A stretch of 61,438 nt of DNA, the filler included, from Choristocarpus tenellus KU-1152 (Eukaryota; Protista; Phaeophyceae): the NCBI GenBank assembly GCA_964200185.2. It is 10 parts of 10 records of this genome, joined end to end, with 100 filler letters (N's around TTAATTAATTAA, not from the genome) between each part and the next. Parts side by side here need not be neighbours in the genome. Positions count along the whole stretch, not along the records: positions 25,059 to 32,177 come from CAXNAD020006661.1; positions 32,278 to 37,996 come from CAXNAD020009917.1; positions 38,097 to 41,970 come from CAXNAD020017453.1; 7 more parts are not named here. One strand, 5' to 3'. Both the position numbers and the translations under genes were made by a program. Under the pieces are notes generated by a model that worked only from the letters and a program-made list of their open reading frames with translations, was not told the origin of the DNA and searched no databases. Shown here one piece after another: positions 24,959 through 38,400 of the stretch. Positions within the stretch are counted from its first letter, which is position 1, and the number at the start of each line of letters is the position of its first letter.

Positions 24959-26567
24959 NNNNNNNNNNNNNNNNNNNNNNNNNNNNNNNNNNNNNNNNNN
25001 NNTTAATTAATTAANNNNNNNNNNNNNNNNNNNNNNNNNNNNNNNNNNNNNNNNNNNNGGGGTGCGATATTGTTTGTCCTTCGCAGTTGGTTGACTACTA
25101 AAGCAACTTTTGAAGGAAAATAAGGATGTCTCCACTGACATAAGTCTGTAGCAAATGCACAATTGTCATACAAAGCTCTGATGAAGAGGACTTCAAAGCA
25201 AAATGTACGCACGAGGGACACCCCAAATCATACATCTAGTCAATCAGAACCACTACATCATCAATGGAGGCAAGTGGCCCTCCATCCCCATACACACACC
25301 CCACACACAAAATGACTCCACATGCCCTAAGAACACACTTTTCTCCTTCCTACCTCCCTGCATGTCTACTGACACAATCTCATAATCCTCTTGCATCAAT
25401 TAAGTGGCACTATAATCTTTTCTTTTGCGTGCCGTTCTGCTCACCCGCCAAGGACTACCACCTCTTGTCCGAGGTCCCCAACGGTGTAGGTACACCTTGG
25501 GGGTCTGACAATGGCCATGACCACAGTGTGGTACCATCCTGATCGTGCCAGGTCCAATGCAGAAGTCCTTCGTTGCGATTTCTCTCTATTGCCATTCCTG
25601 ATATTATCACAAGAGGGTCAGTTGCATTCAGAGTCAACCACAGGGAGGGTAGGGGCAGGGGAAATATGTTGGATGTGAAAGGGAATCAGATAGGGACATT
25701 ACAGGTAGCAGCCTGGCCACTTCAAAAAAAAAAAATAAGAACCACCACAGTAGAGCTAGACTAGTGCCCATATTTTGATGTGGAGAAGAAGAGTCAAGGA
25801 AAGGTTATGGACTGTTTGGGTTTGGAGTATTGTCTTTGGGGATGGGGAATGTAGGCAATAAAGAGAAAAAAAATCAAATGAAACTTCAGGGGTCAAAGTA
25901 GCTTTACTCCCTGTTTGTCAAAAGCAAGTTCCAGTTCATCACATTTTACTCCTCTGCAAGATATATTCCCTTCAGAATGTCAAAGGCATATTTATTCTCC
26001 GTATCACACACTTTGTCTTGCAGTATACAGGTACCCAGTGCTTAGCATAAAACTACAGAGCACTTAGTGTTCGTTGCCTAGAAAAGGTGAACTACAAGGA
26101 GCTCATGCTGACAGAAGAATTGATTGGAACGAAATCATTTCAGTGTTCCCTGTGAGAGAAGTCCCATGTCAAAGTGTCTGAACAGGAGTCACTCATGAAC
26201 CACCGGAGTCTCAAGAAATAAAACGAAGCTGTCTCATTCTCACAGCAATACATAATTCTGACAACCCACTAACAACTCCCACCGTTCATACACGCTTGTT
26301 GAACGGGAGATGAAATCATCACATAAACAATTGCCGACATCATACCGCGCCATCAGACAGCGAAGAAACACCACATATTTTCTGAGTGACCGCCGACTTA
26401 CACCATAATAGAAGTGAGGGATGGGCTGGACTAAATGATCTCGCCTATGCTGTTAAGTCCATGAAAACTAAAGACTCCTTTCAAGGCCATACCTGACTCT
26501 ACGTCAAAATCGAACTCCTACGGATTAGATCAAGCCCAGTACATATCAGTCAGAACGAGCTTTTGCG

Positions 26568-27110
26568 GGACCTGGTGGAGGCCTATTGCCTGTCCAAAGG
26601 ACCAGAGCAAGGCCCGAAGGACGACTCGAAGAGAGGAACAAATAGAGGCACAAAGATACATTCGAGGAACATTCACATTCAAGTGGACAGTAAGTAGTCA
26701 AGGAAAAACTTACACCTGCGATGAAAGTTCAAATGATAATCTACTATACTGACTAATCGACAACGGACTTCAAGGGTTCCGATTGGCATTTACTGTCCTT
26801 CGCTTCATACTCCTCGATATCCATTCGAGACAGGTCTCCACCTGTCTCGACCAATTTTGCGAGACAGGTGGAGACCTAATGCTTGTCCATAGGCTCAAAG
26901 TGAGGTCCAAAGAAGCATCCAAAGAGAGGCACAAAGATACGTCCAGGGAACATTTGCATTCAAGTGGATCGTAAGCAGTCAAGGAATAACTTACACTCAC
27001 GATGAAAGTCCAAATGATAATCTACTCTACTGACTAATCGACGACAGAATTCAAGGGTTCCGATTGGCAATTACCACCCTTCGCTTCATACCCCTCGATA
27101 TCCATTCGAC
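26568..27110. repeat. Tandem duplication of a ~290-bp unit (2 copies)
   Basis: agaggcacaaagatac...cattcaagtgga...cgatgaaagt.caaatgataatctact...ttcaagggttccgattggca...ctcgatatccattcga occurs at ~26645-26828 and ~26925-27109. Confidence 0.85.
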
Positions 27111-28241
27111 CAACCTACTGCATTTACAGGGCAGATACAGATGTGCTCAGATCATGGTAAGTACATAGGGAAGTCGGGGGAAGCTTACCAGGCAAAGGCA
27201 AATTCCCCTGCAGGTGCCTCCCAACCTTTCCAATCGAATCGATTCATGCTCATCAACGCAGCAAGGAAGACATCTTCTCATTGTACCACAATCTCACAAT
27301 TGATTCGCAACTACATTAGTAGTTCTCTGTTTGAGTTACCACGAATATCAACTAGTGCAGTATGGTTGAGTTGGGGTAAGGAAGTATTTGCTTCATTCAA
27401 AGCATGACCAAACCACAGTCCTGTTATTTTACGGTCTTACATCTGTCGAAGTGGGTACTGGTTTATAGAGAACGCTCGCGCAACATTAGTTGGAACTAAC
27501 GGTATTCAAGATGGTAGCATCGTACAGAAAGGAAGTATAAGAACTGTCATCTTACACAAATAAAACGATGAAGTTGACGTCGGACAGATCATATTACAAT
27601 CTATCTGCAAAAAGAATATTCCCAAAAGATATTTCAGAAGGGTTTAACGACGAAGATCAGCTGAAGAATCCGAGAAAGTTCAAAAATGAAAAAATATATT
27701 ATCACTCCACCTCTTCGCGTTCAGAATTTAAAGATAAGTCAATTGAAAATATATAGTGATGATGGAATAAAACTGTTTTACTGAAGTCATCCATATAATA
27801 CTACAGACTAAATAAAATATAAAATATAACAGAACAAAATGGAGAAAAAATTACCCATAAGAATTTCAGGCACTGAAACAGCAGAAAATGGTATAGTAAA
27901 AAGTCAGATCACCATATTCTACCATAAAACACCTTTCTCATCCAATAGCATTTTTCCTCACTTTCATTCTATCTCCTCTATTCACACTCTATCCGTCCTC
28001 AATGAACCTTCGTCACACCCTGTAGAAAAAGATATTTTTTTGTGCTTTGCCGCGAGATAGTAAGAGGTACAGGTGTACCTTCCCAGTACACTTGTCCTCT
28101 AATACCTCTGTTTGAACGCAGGGAGTCCTACGACAGAGTGTGATCGGCGACAACCACCTGACCCACGTGGACATAGTCTACAGTATCGTAGTAGTGGTAC
28201 AACCAGATCAACCAGAACCCAAAGGATCTGACAATAAGATA

Positions 28242-28320
28242 CTGACATATGTATAGTTTTCATTGGTGTCCCCCCTCGCACATATAGAAAATGTCAGAGG
28301 GCATAACAATAAGAAGAAGA
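28242..28320 (+). mobile_element. Isolated 3' tail of the CRE-like element (also at ~60258-60335)
   Basis: ctgacatatgtatagttttcattgg..tccccct....aatgtcagagggcataacaataa matches the reverse complement of 11103-11176. Confidence 0.8.
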
Positions 28321-29889
28321 TCCCCACACTAACAAGGATTCATTGTCCTCCCATCATTTTTCTGTGGAATCAAAGCCGACCGCCAAGTGCGTGAGTTCAG
28401 TGGTTTCGAGTATGTTCGATGTAATATATATTTTCAAAAAAATCTGGTGCCAATTATGCTTTTCCATGTCACCAACACATGGATCCTATATCTGCACTAC
28501 CCTCTCTCTTCTATCCACAAAAACGCCGGACCAAGATCAATGAGAAAAAACTTTGAGACGGATCTAGGAGAAGATTCGACGGAGGAGACAGGGCGATGAG
28601 AGATGAGGTTGCTGTACCGAACAGACGATAAGCAAGGAAAGTGAGGGAGGGAGTGCTGAACCCAACAGGCAAAAAACAAGGATTGAATTGAGGCAGTATA
28701 ATTATCTGTAGTACAACAGTTAGTAGTTGGTATGATGAGTAGTACAAAGTGTAGTGCTTCTGACCACAGGTAGGGATCACTCCTCGCTAATGTGCAAGAA
28801 GTAATATATAATATGAGACATTCCGTCTGAAAACAGTGGTACGCAAAAATGCGGTACGATTATCGTTTACCTACACACCTATCTACTATCAGCAAACTCC
28901 AATACAACTTCGTTGTGTCATACTTGCTCCTGTTACCTAGTATGACCTCTCATAACATAACTAAAACCCCCTTCCGTGACTCTACATTGCCAAACTTTAA
29001 AAGAAAGAGGTTGAATGCCTCATCGCCTGTCACTTGTTGATACGAATGTTTGTACACCGCCCTGGGCAGGACATGATCTCATTCTCCAGAACCTCCCAAT
29101 CTCTAGGACCATAGCATGGAAGAGCCAAGCACACAGTCATGGTGGGAGTGACAATCAGTGTGCCATCTGTAGCCAGGAGGAGCACACGGTGAAATATGAG
29201 AAATAGCGTAGTCACTTCGGAAAGCTCTCACGGGTTCTCTCTTTCAGTCTTCGTCTCAAGGGGGTGGCCTCCCGACACCAACCAGTCATTTGCTGCACTT
29301 GATGAACTTACAATACGCACCCATCTCAGCCAGGTGTACTAAAAGAATGGAAAGAAGAGGTGGGAAATGAATGGGGTAGAGTGTCCTGATGTGGGACTGC
29401 AGTACTGTCGTGGGACTCCTGTGCCACGTTGGGGATCCTGGGCTGTCCATCTTGAATCTATTTCATACAAAAACATCACTAAGAAAATCCAAATTTAAGC
29501 AAAACAAAAATCATTAATTTCTGAAATGGACGCTTGAGACTCAGGGGGTGTCTCGGGCAAAAGCGTTCGTAAAGCTTCCAATTTCTCACCAAATGCTGAC
29601 AAGGGAAGGAAAAGCATCCAGGGCAAGTAAACCCCCTATATGTCACGAGATATTTTGTAAGTTTGTCCCGTCGTCCAACCTTAACTCTAACCCCCTAAAA
29701 ATAATACACAGCATACAAGATTATACATACATATATATATATATATGTATATTTATATTCCTATGGGGATTTGGTTAACACCGCATCCCTTGAGTACTGA
29801 TTGACTTGTTGTCAAAAATAGGATGATGTCCACAGACATTTTGGGATGGCATGTAAGCATAACATTCCAGCCAATTTCTAGAAGCCGGA

Positions 29890-30145
29890 GGAATTACTCT
29901 AGCAAACGCCATACCCACATACAATATAGGGGTCCTACTTGTGGGGGGTCGGCCAGCTCTTTCCAGGGCAAGTCTGTCCCGAGATTAACTTGTTGGGAGG
30001 AAGTCTTAGCCATGTGGAGTAGTGACACGGCAACCATCAAAACGGTGGTTTTCCGACACCGAGAAAAGATACTTCAACCAAGGTTTGAACCTTAGATGCT
30101 TTCCGAGCAGAAGTGCTGGCGGTAATCACACTACGTCCGAGCGGC
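29890..30145 (-). mobile_element. tRNA-derived SINE (Pol III A/B-box head)
   Basis: Minus strand gccgctcggacGTAGTGTGATTaccg...taaGGTTCAAACCttgg: A-box-like and canonical B-box at tRNA spacing, but no cloverleaf. 3' limit approximate. Confidence 0.6.
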
Positions 30146-32277
30146 GCAATTACACTCACCTTAACTAAGGTTCCCTTGTCCTTGTTCACTCTCTATTTAA
30201 AGGTTATAAAATGAACGAAAAATTGGGCCATCACAACTTGAAGCGCAATTAACCTGGGGACAATTAAATGTATATATATACATATATATGTATATTTCAC
30301 ACTGAAACTCGGAGAAAGCTACACAGGAGAAGGACACCCTCGGACAAACATACCGAGGTATCAGGAACAGACCAACCAACGAAGACAAGACTCGCTCCCA
30401 CCTTGACGCACCGACTTAGTTTTGCCTTCATTCTAGCACTAAGGTGATCTGATCGCTAACAAAACTATCGAGTGTTTTCTTCAAAACGATACAGGTATCA
30501 ATCGCACAACTCTCTCATCCATACCTAATTGCAAAACGGTATCAACACTTCTGGTTTAACTACATCTACAACAGTTCAAAAGGATGCCCAATGCAACAGG
30601 ACAAGACATAAAAAAAGTACACAAATATCATTGATATGGATACCTCATAACATTGAAATGACTTCCGATTTTCTGTTGCAATACACAACAAGCATAGCAC
30701 CTACACCTTCCACACTCCAAAGCTGAAACTACACAACACAAGGAAGGTCACAAAGTAGCTTAAACAGGGAAAACAAACATTTAATCATCCTGTCTCACCT
30801 GGATGCAGCATGTTGGTGCCCTCTTCCCCCCACCCACCCCCTACTTCCCTCCCCTCCTCCCTCTCCACCCCCACCCAATCCCTTTGCCCCAGGAGCAGAG
30901 GCCACTGCCCACTGCCCTTGCCCCAGCATTTGCCCCCTGCCCTGGCCCTGTACGCGCTCCTTCCCATCCCCCCGTCTTTGCACTTGTCCTTCTGCATCAA
31001 ATGGGGAGGTATCGTCCTCAACAAGCGATGAACCTGGGGTGTTCGACCTCATACAACTGTCCTGACCTGATTCCTCTCCTGGAATGGGGATCCTGAATGA
31101 GTCACACAAGAACAAGGGAGGAAGGTAGAGGGCAGGAGCAGGTCCGTTTGGTGAATCTTGACAAACTGGTATTACTTTTAGTTTGTAGTCAATACCAAAG
31201 AGACCTCTCGCCACAGTTGACTTCGCCGAAAGGTTGAAGTAGTACCTTCTTCATGTTGACACTTCTAAATTCAAATCGGGACCAGTATAGGGGCAAAACA
31301 AAAGTATGACCATGTGAACAACAGCATTTAGTCACTTTCACAGAAAGGGCAGGAGCCGTATGGTCTAAATCAATCCCACAAAAAGGAAATGAGATTGTCT
31401 GGGCGCCAAGTTGACTAGTGAAGACTTTCACTGACGAGATAACATCACCTTTTCATTTTTCTGGTGCATGATGATGCTGTTTCAAGCATAGGAGTGACAG
31501 AGGCAAATGAGTAAAAGGCGTGAAAAACAATCCCCCACCATGTGCTCAAATAACTCAACATCACTCCCCTAGTACACTCCAAGCAGCTACAACACTCTCG
31601 ATAAAAGACATATGAGCAAGTCAATGGAGACTGATGATAAATGCTCAGGGCCAAGGTTCATCTCAAAGCTGCAAACGGAGAAGAACAAAATAGAGTAAAG
31701 AGGCATGGAGCCAACAGCATCTGTACAAAAATATAGGAAGAAAGAGGAGAGATTGATAATGATGCTCACTTTTCTCCTTAACAATGGTACGGAAGCAGAA
31801 ATTTTGTGGCAAGAGGCTTGATTAAATATCCATCATTGATTCATCCATCGACAAAAGCATAATCAGGACCTCCCCCTCTCCCCCCTTCCGCCCTTCTCCA
31901 AACGATGATCCCTTTCTGACCTGAAATACGACACTCCCGGCGATGCCTCGTGGGTATGAAGATTCTTTCGAATTGTAAACCTGTGTTTACGCTGGTCATG
32001 CTTGACACAAAAGTGTGCTTCACACCCCTGAAAGTTAGGAAGGTCAGGTAGGTTGGGGGGGTCAGATAGGACAACATAAAAAGAAAGCATGGGAGGGGGA
32101 GGGGGATGGGGGGGGGGGGGGGAGCCAGGGGGGAGGGGGGGGGCTTTATTCAGGGGAAGTACAGGAGAAAAGGAGAGNNNNNNNNNNNNNNNNNNNNNNN
32201 NNNNNNNNNNNNNNNNNNNNNTTAATTAATTAANNNNNNNNNNNNNNNNNNNNNNNNNNNNNNNNNNNNNNNNNNNN

Positions 32278-32310
<33 letters not shown>

Positions 32311-32692
32311 TGTTTGTGTGTGTGTGCGCGCGCGCGTGTGTGTGTTGTATGTAATCTTCCTCCCATCCGCACCAACCTACTCTGGAGGAATTATCAACAG
32401 TCCACAAAAGAGAACAAATGAAGCAGAGGGTTCCACACTTGGGACGTGATAAAATAATGGTATGTCATAACTCATCTTAGCCTTGCGCGGACTTTCTGAA
32501 GCCTTGCACACGTACCTACGTACTCCAGAGTATTTAATACCTTAGCTATCATGTTCTTGTGAAGGATGTGATTCGAAAATATTTAAACTGCCTTGCCTGT
32601 GTCATCACGTATGTTTCGCTGGGATAAATGTCGCATTTTTTCTCGTGTTCGCTTCAGTCTAAGACCTATCCCAGCCTGTTGCCATAGACAGT

Positions 32693-32952
32693 GAATGAAA
32701 GTATCTTAGAGGGTACGAGTTTTGCCCTGTTTGTCCATTTGGGGCTTGGGTTTCCGTCGGGGTTTTTTATGACATTTTCCTACTCCAAAATGTATAGGAG
32801 CAGGTGAAATATATAATTTTTGAAAAGGTGTGTCCGAAACGTAGATCTTGACACTTCCTAACAAACACGATGACCAAAATTACATCAAAATCGTTACATT
32901 AGATTTTGACGCCCAAATGGACACGGTGCTACCCTCTAAGATACTCTGGCTC
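32693..32952. mobile_element. MITE family A, apparent 3-bp TSD AGT
   Basis: agt|GAAtgaaagtatcttagagggta ... taccctctaagatactctggCTC|agt. Confidence 0.9.
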
Positions 32953-33385
32953 AGTACAAAACTGTACTAGTCCTCATACTTACCACTACTATATTCTCCT
33001 GTACCTGCCTGCTGCGACTATTATGGAAGGAAATAAAGTATAGGCATCAACATCTTTTTCTAGGACACTTTTCTTTTAAAAATCTATAGCAGCCAAGCTT
33101 TCAGTTTATAATTCACTCTTCACTGCATCACTAGCGAAACTCTCAAGAACTATTGACACTATGTGGTGCGCTGGTAAGTCCAGTAGTATCCTGGCTCCTC
33201 CTCTGATATGTGGTATTATTGACACAGGTCAGAATGACTTGTCAATGGCATCTGCTCATCATTTTTCAATCCTGAAGCTTTCTATTGCTTGTGTCTGTTA
33301 TTCTAGGGTGAATGATTATGCCTGCTCAATATGAATCTTTCATACTACCATACACCACCATTTTATTGCTATCTAACCATGGGAA

Positions 33386-33563
33386 CAGACAAAGTATCTG
33401 GGGGGGGTGAGGGTCTACACCAGAGTGTCCATTTGGACCAAAACCAGGAAAAGCGCAATTCCGATTATCCATCCAACGTATGGAACCAAATCACCCAAAA
33501 ATCGTGACATGAAAAAATTGACCCCAAATAGACACCAGCCACCCCCCCCAGATACTTTGACCC
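33386..33563. mobile_element. MITE family B (TSD not recognisable)
   Basis: cAAAGTATCTggggggg ... cccccccAGATACTTTg; internal sequence matches 24168-24351. Confidence 0.85.
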
Positions 33564-35194
33564 ACTACTCGTAGTAGTGATATTGAGGTCTTCAAGTCTA
33601 GAATCATGAAAAGAAGAACAAGAAGGAAGGGTGGTGATAGTACCACCAATAATTTTGTATGGTCATCATCATCATGATAAGTTGCTTGTTCCGGTGATAC
33701 TGCTCCTTGTATTGACTTACTACTACAACTACAGAGACTACTGATAGTACAGGCGGTGGTGCTATAGATTATTACTATTCTACTTGAAGTAAATGTTGCA
33801 TATCATACGAAAATAGTTTATGTTATGTCGTAGGTTCGTGTTCGAGTAACAAGTATGATGTTAAATGGCACACAAAACATACGCTGTCTACCAGTACAAA
33901 CAAAGGACAGTCGTGAAGAAGCATGGTGTTTTCCGTATTGATTATTCTGGAAGACCTCCCGAGAATCACCTCCCATAGGATCTGCAGTGGGTGCTGGAGC
34001 TACAGCTCTTAGCTGTTGTTTGCTGTGTGACGGTTTCCTCCAGTGGTAAGGGTAGTGGAGGTTGTGGTTGGACAGATGGTTGATGGCAAGCTGGAAGTCC
34101 AACAAGGAGAGGGGAGGGGGCAGATGTTACATTATCGGCCAAATCATCCAAAAGAATAAAGGTGATAAACCCGGCGAGATTGCTTGATGTCTGTAGAGTG
34201 ATGGAATAAAGTTAAGTGGGGCATGCAGCACCCCATAAAATCAGAAATATTTAATTTTTATGATAAATTGTTCTCATCTAGCTAGTCACTAGTAAAAGGT
34301 TCTGATAACTTGATCACTAATGATTGTTCTCTTACTCCATATACAGTTTACTATATCTGTCCGATAGAGTTGGAAGGGTCTAATCGAACAGCAGAGCCAA
34401 TGAAAGGAAGTGGGAGTGGAAGGTCACTGATGGGTTTAGAGGGGGGTGACAAGACTTGGAAGAGGGAGAAATAAATGTAGTAATAAAACCTATAGAAGGT
34501 GCAAGAGTTGTTCCACCTGATGTTACCATTCAAACCCTGAAACAGTCCCAGCATTCTATACTTTCTCGACCACTGCTTTCTTGAGGCTTGGAAGGCCTGA
34601 GGTGTGCCCCACAGAGGTAGCAATCATGGTAGCTCTGCTTGGGGCTGTGTTGGCTCTTTGCCTAAAATGGAGGTGTGTGCTGAAGTCTGTCAGCATGATG
34701 ACAGATATCATACCTTCACTGTCAGGTGCTCTGATGCTGCCTGTATCACTTTCAGTTGGAAGAAATGCCTGCAAGATGTTATGATATCCAAGTCCCCAAA
34801 GAAGTAACGCATCACTTGCTGTTTCAACAGAGCACTTGTCCTTGTCACTCTCTTTTGATTTATCACCCTTCTTTCTGGTCAACTCTATAGGTAAGGAGTA
34901 AATTGTGTAGCATTTTCTGAGGTAGTGATTGTTGAATTTATCATAGGTAGGCACACTTTAGAAGTAAGATGAAAGTGAGGACGAGATGGCCTGTGATGTG
35001 AGAGTGAGAGGCTACTTTGGAGCAAGAGTATCCTAGGCATTTCCTACTTTCATCCTCACCACAGCAAGGCATGGCAAGGGTGGATAACTCCTTGCCTCCT
35101 TTTCTGTATGTTGGTCCTCGCATATTGTACAAGTTGTGATAATCCTCAGTAACTGCAGCATGTCATGGCGGAACCAGGGTGTAATGCTGCCTTT

Positions 35195-35490
35195 TGAATA
35201 CAAGAAAGTCAATTAGGACCCAAAGGATCTGGAAATAAAACCAGATCCCCATAGATACGTACATTTGAGCAGTGTATTCTTGTTTGTTTTGTATGTTGTA
35301 CTATTTTCGGTTTGGGTGAGGGTTAGGGTTTGCACTGGGTGGGGGATAACATCTCCAAAAATGTTCGGTAGGTGTATGTATATGCGACATACAACAAGAA
35401 TAAACTGGCTGAATGTATACTAATATATGGTGATCTGGTTATTTCTAGATCCCTGGGTTCCTGGTTGACCTGTTTTTTTGTACTTCTTAG
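35195..35490. repeat. Inverted repeat (~110-bp arms) around a TTAGGG-containing spacer
   Basis: aggacccaaaggatctggaaataaaaccagatc...tattcttgtt (35215-35290) pairs with aacaagaataaa...gatctggttatttctagatccctgggttcct (35393-35462). Spacer contains gggtgagggttagggtt. Confidence 0.7.
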
Positions 35491-38400
35491 AATAATACAC
35501 AATTTAGAAGAGTAAGGCATATATTTAGCTTGGTAACCAAAAATCTATCAGGTGAGAAGCGATGCATGATTGATCGAGGAACCTCTGCACGATGAATGAA
35601 TGTGCAAGGTGGTGGTGATCTGATTCCACCATGCGGAAAGCGAATTGGGTGGTACTTTTTGCAATAACCACAACCTGCTAAGGACAATCTCATAGTGGTG
35701 ACAAACAAGAAAATGAAGAAGATGCCTTGTGTGTCTTCCCGCTAACCACAAGAACGCCTGATATATCAATTCTCTAAAATTGAAAATTTTCTGAATTTTA
35801 AAAATCAGATTGCAACGATTTGATATAATAGTGATAATCAAAATTAAATTCTAAGGGGCCAATTATCCATCTTTCACATTTTTCTACCTTGAAAGTGTGT
35901 AGTCCATACCAATGTGATCATTGAACATTTCCGTGAGTCCAGGAGCCAAGAGTGTGGACAGGTATTCGGAGGATGGTTTGGGTGAGTACTTTGATCGTGA
36001 ATTTAATGTTTACCCATCTCCTGGATGTTATGTCCTCCTACATGCCAAGGATAACGGCAAAGAAGTCAAAGGGTGAGATGAAAATGACCAAGAGCTGAGG
36101 TTACCTACGTTAAATTTAAGAATTAGCAGCAGAAAGTGAAGCACGTGAAGGAGTGGGCGACAACTGAGCCTGCCAGTTGAAGGTTTGACACATCTGACAC
36201 TTCTTGAAGTGCACATACAAGAGGCAGGATACCCAATCTTGGTGTATGCTTGATCATTGTTCGGAAACTGAGGACAATTATCTCTAACGTCAAGATGAAA
36301 ACTGCGTGATTAGAACTCAATGACTCATCGGAGAAATCACCTCCAGAGCTCTAAGCATGTGCAGGACTTTCAATCCTTCTTCCAGAGATGGAGTCTTTGA
36401 TACAGAAAATATCTTCCAGGAAAGCAACCTGCGGGCAGTACCAGGGACGTCATCCATAGTAGTCGGCAGGAAATTCGCGGCTACACACACTTGGCACGCA
36501 AACGCGCTGGTCCTTCTTGACATTGCCCAAACCCCATCACTCACTACCCATCATGGCCTATGCTGCATGTATGTCCTTCTCAGAGTCCTAGCGACCGCAT
36601 GCTATAGCATTCCATAGGTATTCCTTTCGCCTACAGGGTAGCCCCAGTAGTTGCGTAGTGTTACATAGAATTTGAAGGATTGGTTTGGGATTGGCGAATG
36701 GGTTGGAAAATATATAGACCTGATGACGTCCAACAAGACAACGGATTCTTCCTATGTGGTGGCTGAAACCTGTGCATGGTGCCCTAAAGTCTCAGGTTGA
36801 CTCAGTTTGAAGTGGCTCACAAGATACAAGTTGGTCCCCACACAGGGGTATCACAGTCGGGGTTTCGAGGGCAAGTTCTGTGACAGGCTGGATCACGGGG
36901 AAGTACAGAATTGAAAAGAACGTGGGCAAAGGACTAAATGAGTGAAAGGGGAAGAAGACAAAGGTCGTGTTGCTAGCCTCGAGCAAAGCTCCTAGATATA
37001 GCCAGATGAAGAAGTAGATGCTGAAGACGACTGAGGAGTATGAAAAAGCAGGTTGAGGTAGGAGAACCCCCTTGCACCAGCTGGGACTGAGGATGACATC
37101 CCCCAAGTGTTGGGGATTGAGGAGAGGATCCTGATATAGAAGAGTAATGATGAAGACCAGATGAGGATGTGGACAAAGAGGTGAACGGAGACACGCAGTA
37201 GTCTGTGTAGAGGTTGGACGAAATATTTCAATGCTTCAATTCTTCAGTGATCCAAACATCAATATGCAACAATGCCTGGAAGGCCAGCCCCATAAATTTG
37301 TCGTAGGGATGCATGCTATTTCGCGTCTATCATGCGCAGAATGTACCAAAATGTATTTATCTGCTCTCTTAATCATCAACACCTTTTCTGATAGCTTCAT
37401 TTGCAACAGCATGGATACCTATCAAAATTCCATTTTCTGCTCACACAACCAGATGTCCCTTGCCCTCGACTCTCGCATTGCACGTTTTATCCAACTTTAA
37501 CATTAATCGCAGGATCCATGGCCATATGCCTACCTTTTGATTCCTTCCGTAATAGCTGTACCTGCCTCTGTTCGTGGATTGGTTCCTTGTGTTTTGTCAC
37601 CAATCCCAGCCCTTGTCGCTTCGGTTCCTCCTTCGAATCTTGTATGCTGGACTGTTACAGGCGAGTAGCGCGAGTATTTCTTCCCGTGCTTTAACCGGCG
37701 CGAAGCAGTCTACACGCCTGGGGAACCCCAAAAAGAGGGAACTCCGATTTGCTAAAAAGTTGCAGAATAAAATATGTAACTCGGGAAAGTCGCAAGGGTT
37801 CTCAGATATATTCCAATGTCTGTAAACCAAAGAAGCCCCAAGGGTAAATGATGATAAGAGATCCTAAGAACGGCTCCAAATGGCTCAGTTCGAGTCTAAA
37901 GAGACCCACCTAAAGCACTCTCTTAAACGGATACCAATAAAGTGATAGTTTATGAAGTAAACTGAGTTTTGTGGGCGGGAGAATTCTGGTTGGCTGNNNN
38001 NNNNNNNNNNNNNNNNNNNNNNNNNNNNNNNNNNNNNNNNTTAATTAATTAANNNNNNNNNNNNNNNNNNNNNNNNNNNNNNNNNNNNNNNNNNNNCTAT
38101 ACTGTGAGCCATCCTATCTTGAAGGGGGGGGGGTGTCTTACATTATTTGGGGCTCCTCTGGCTGCCTTCTGATGCATGTGCTTCTATTCTAGCCAGACTA
38201 AGTGGATGGTTTTATTCCTTCTCTTCCACAGGCATTGCTTCCTCTGTTGATTGACTGCATTGAGTTGCCAAGTAGGTTTATATTGCACGAAGTGTGCAGA
38301 AGGGCCTCAGTAGAGCCCCGTCTGAGATGGGATGATTCTATCCATTCTGTTATACCAAGAATATATGGGAAAGCTAAAACCAGGTGACAAGTTGAGTGGT

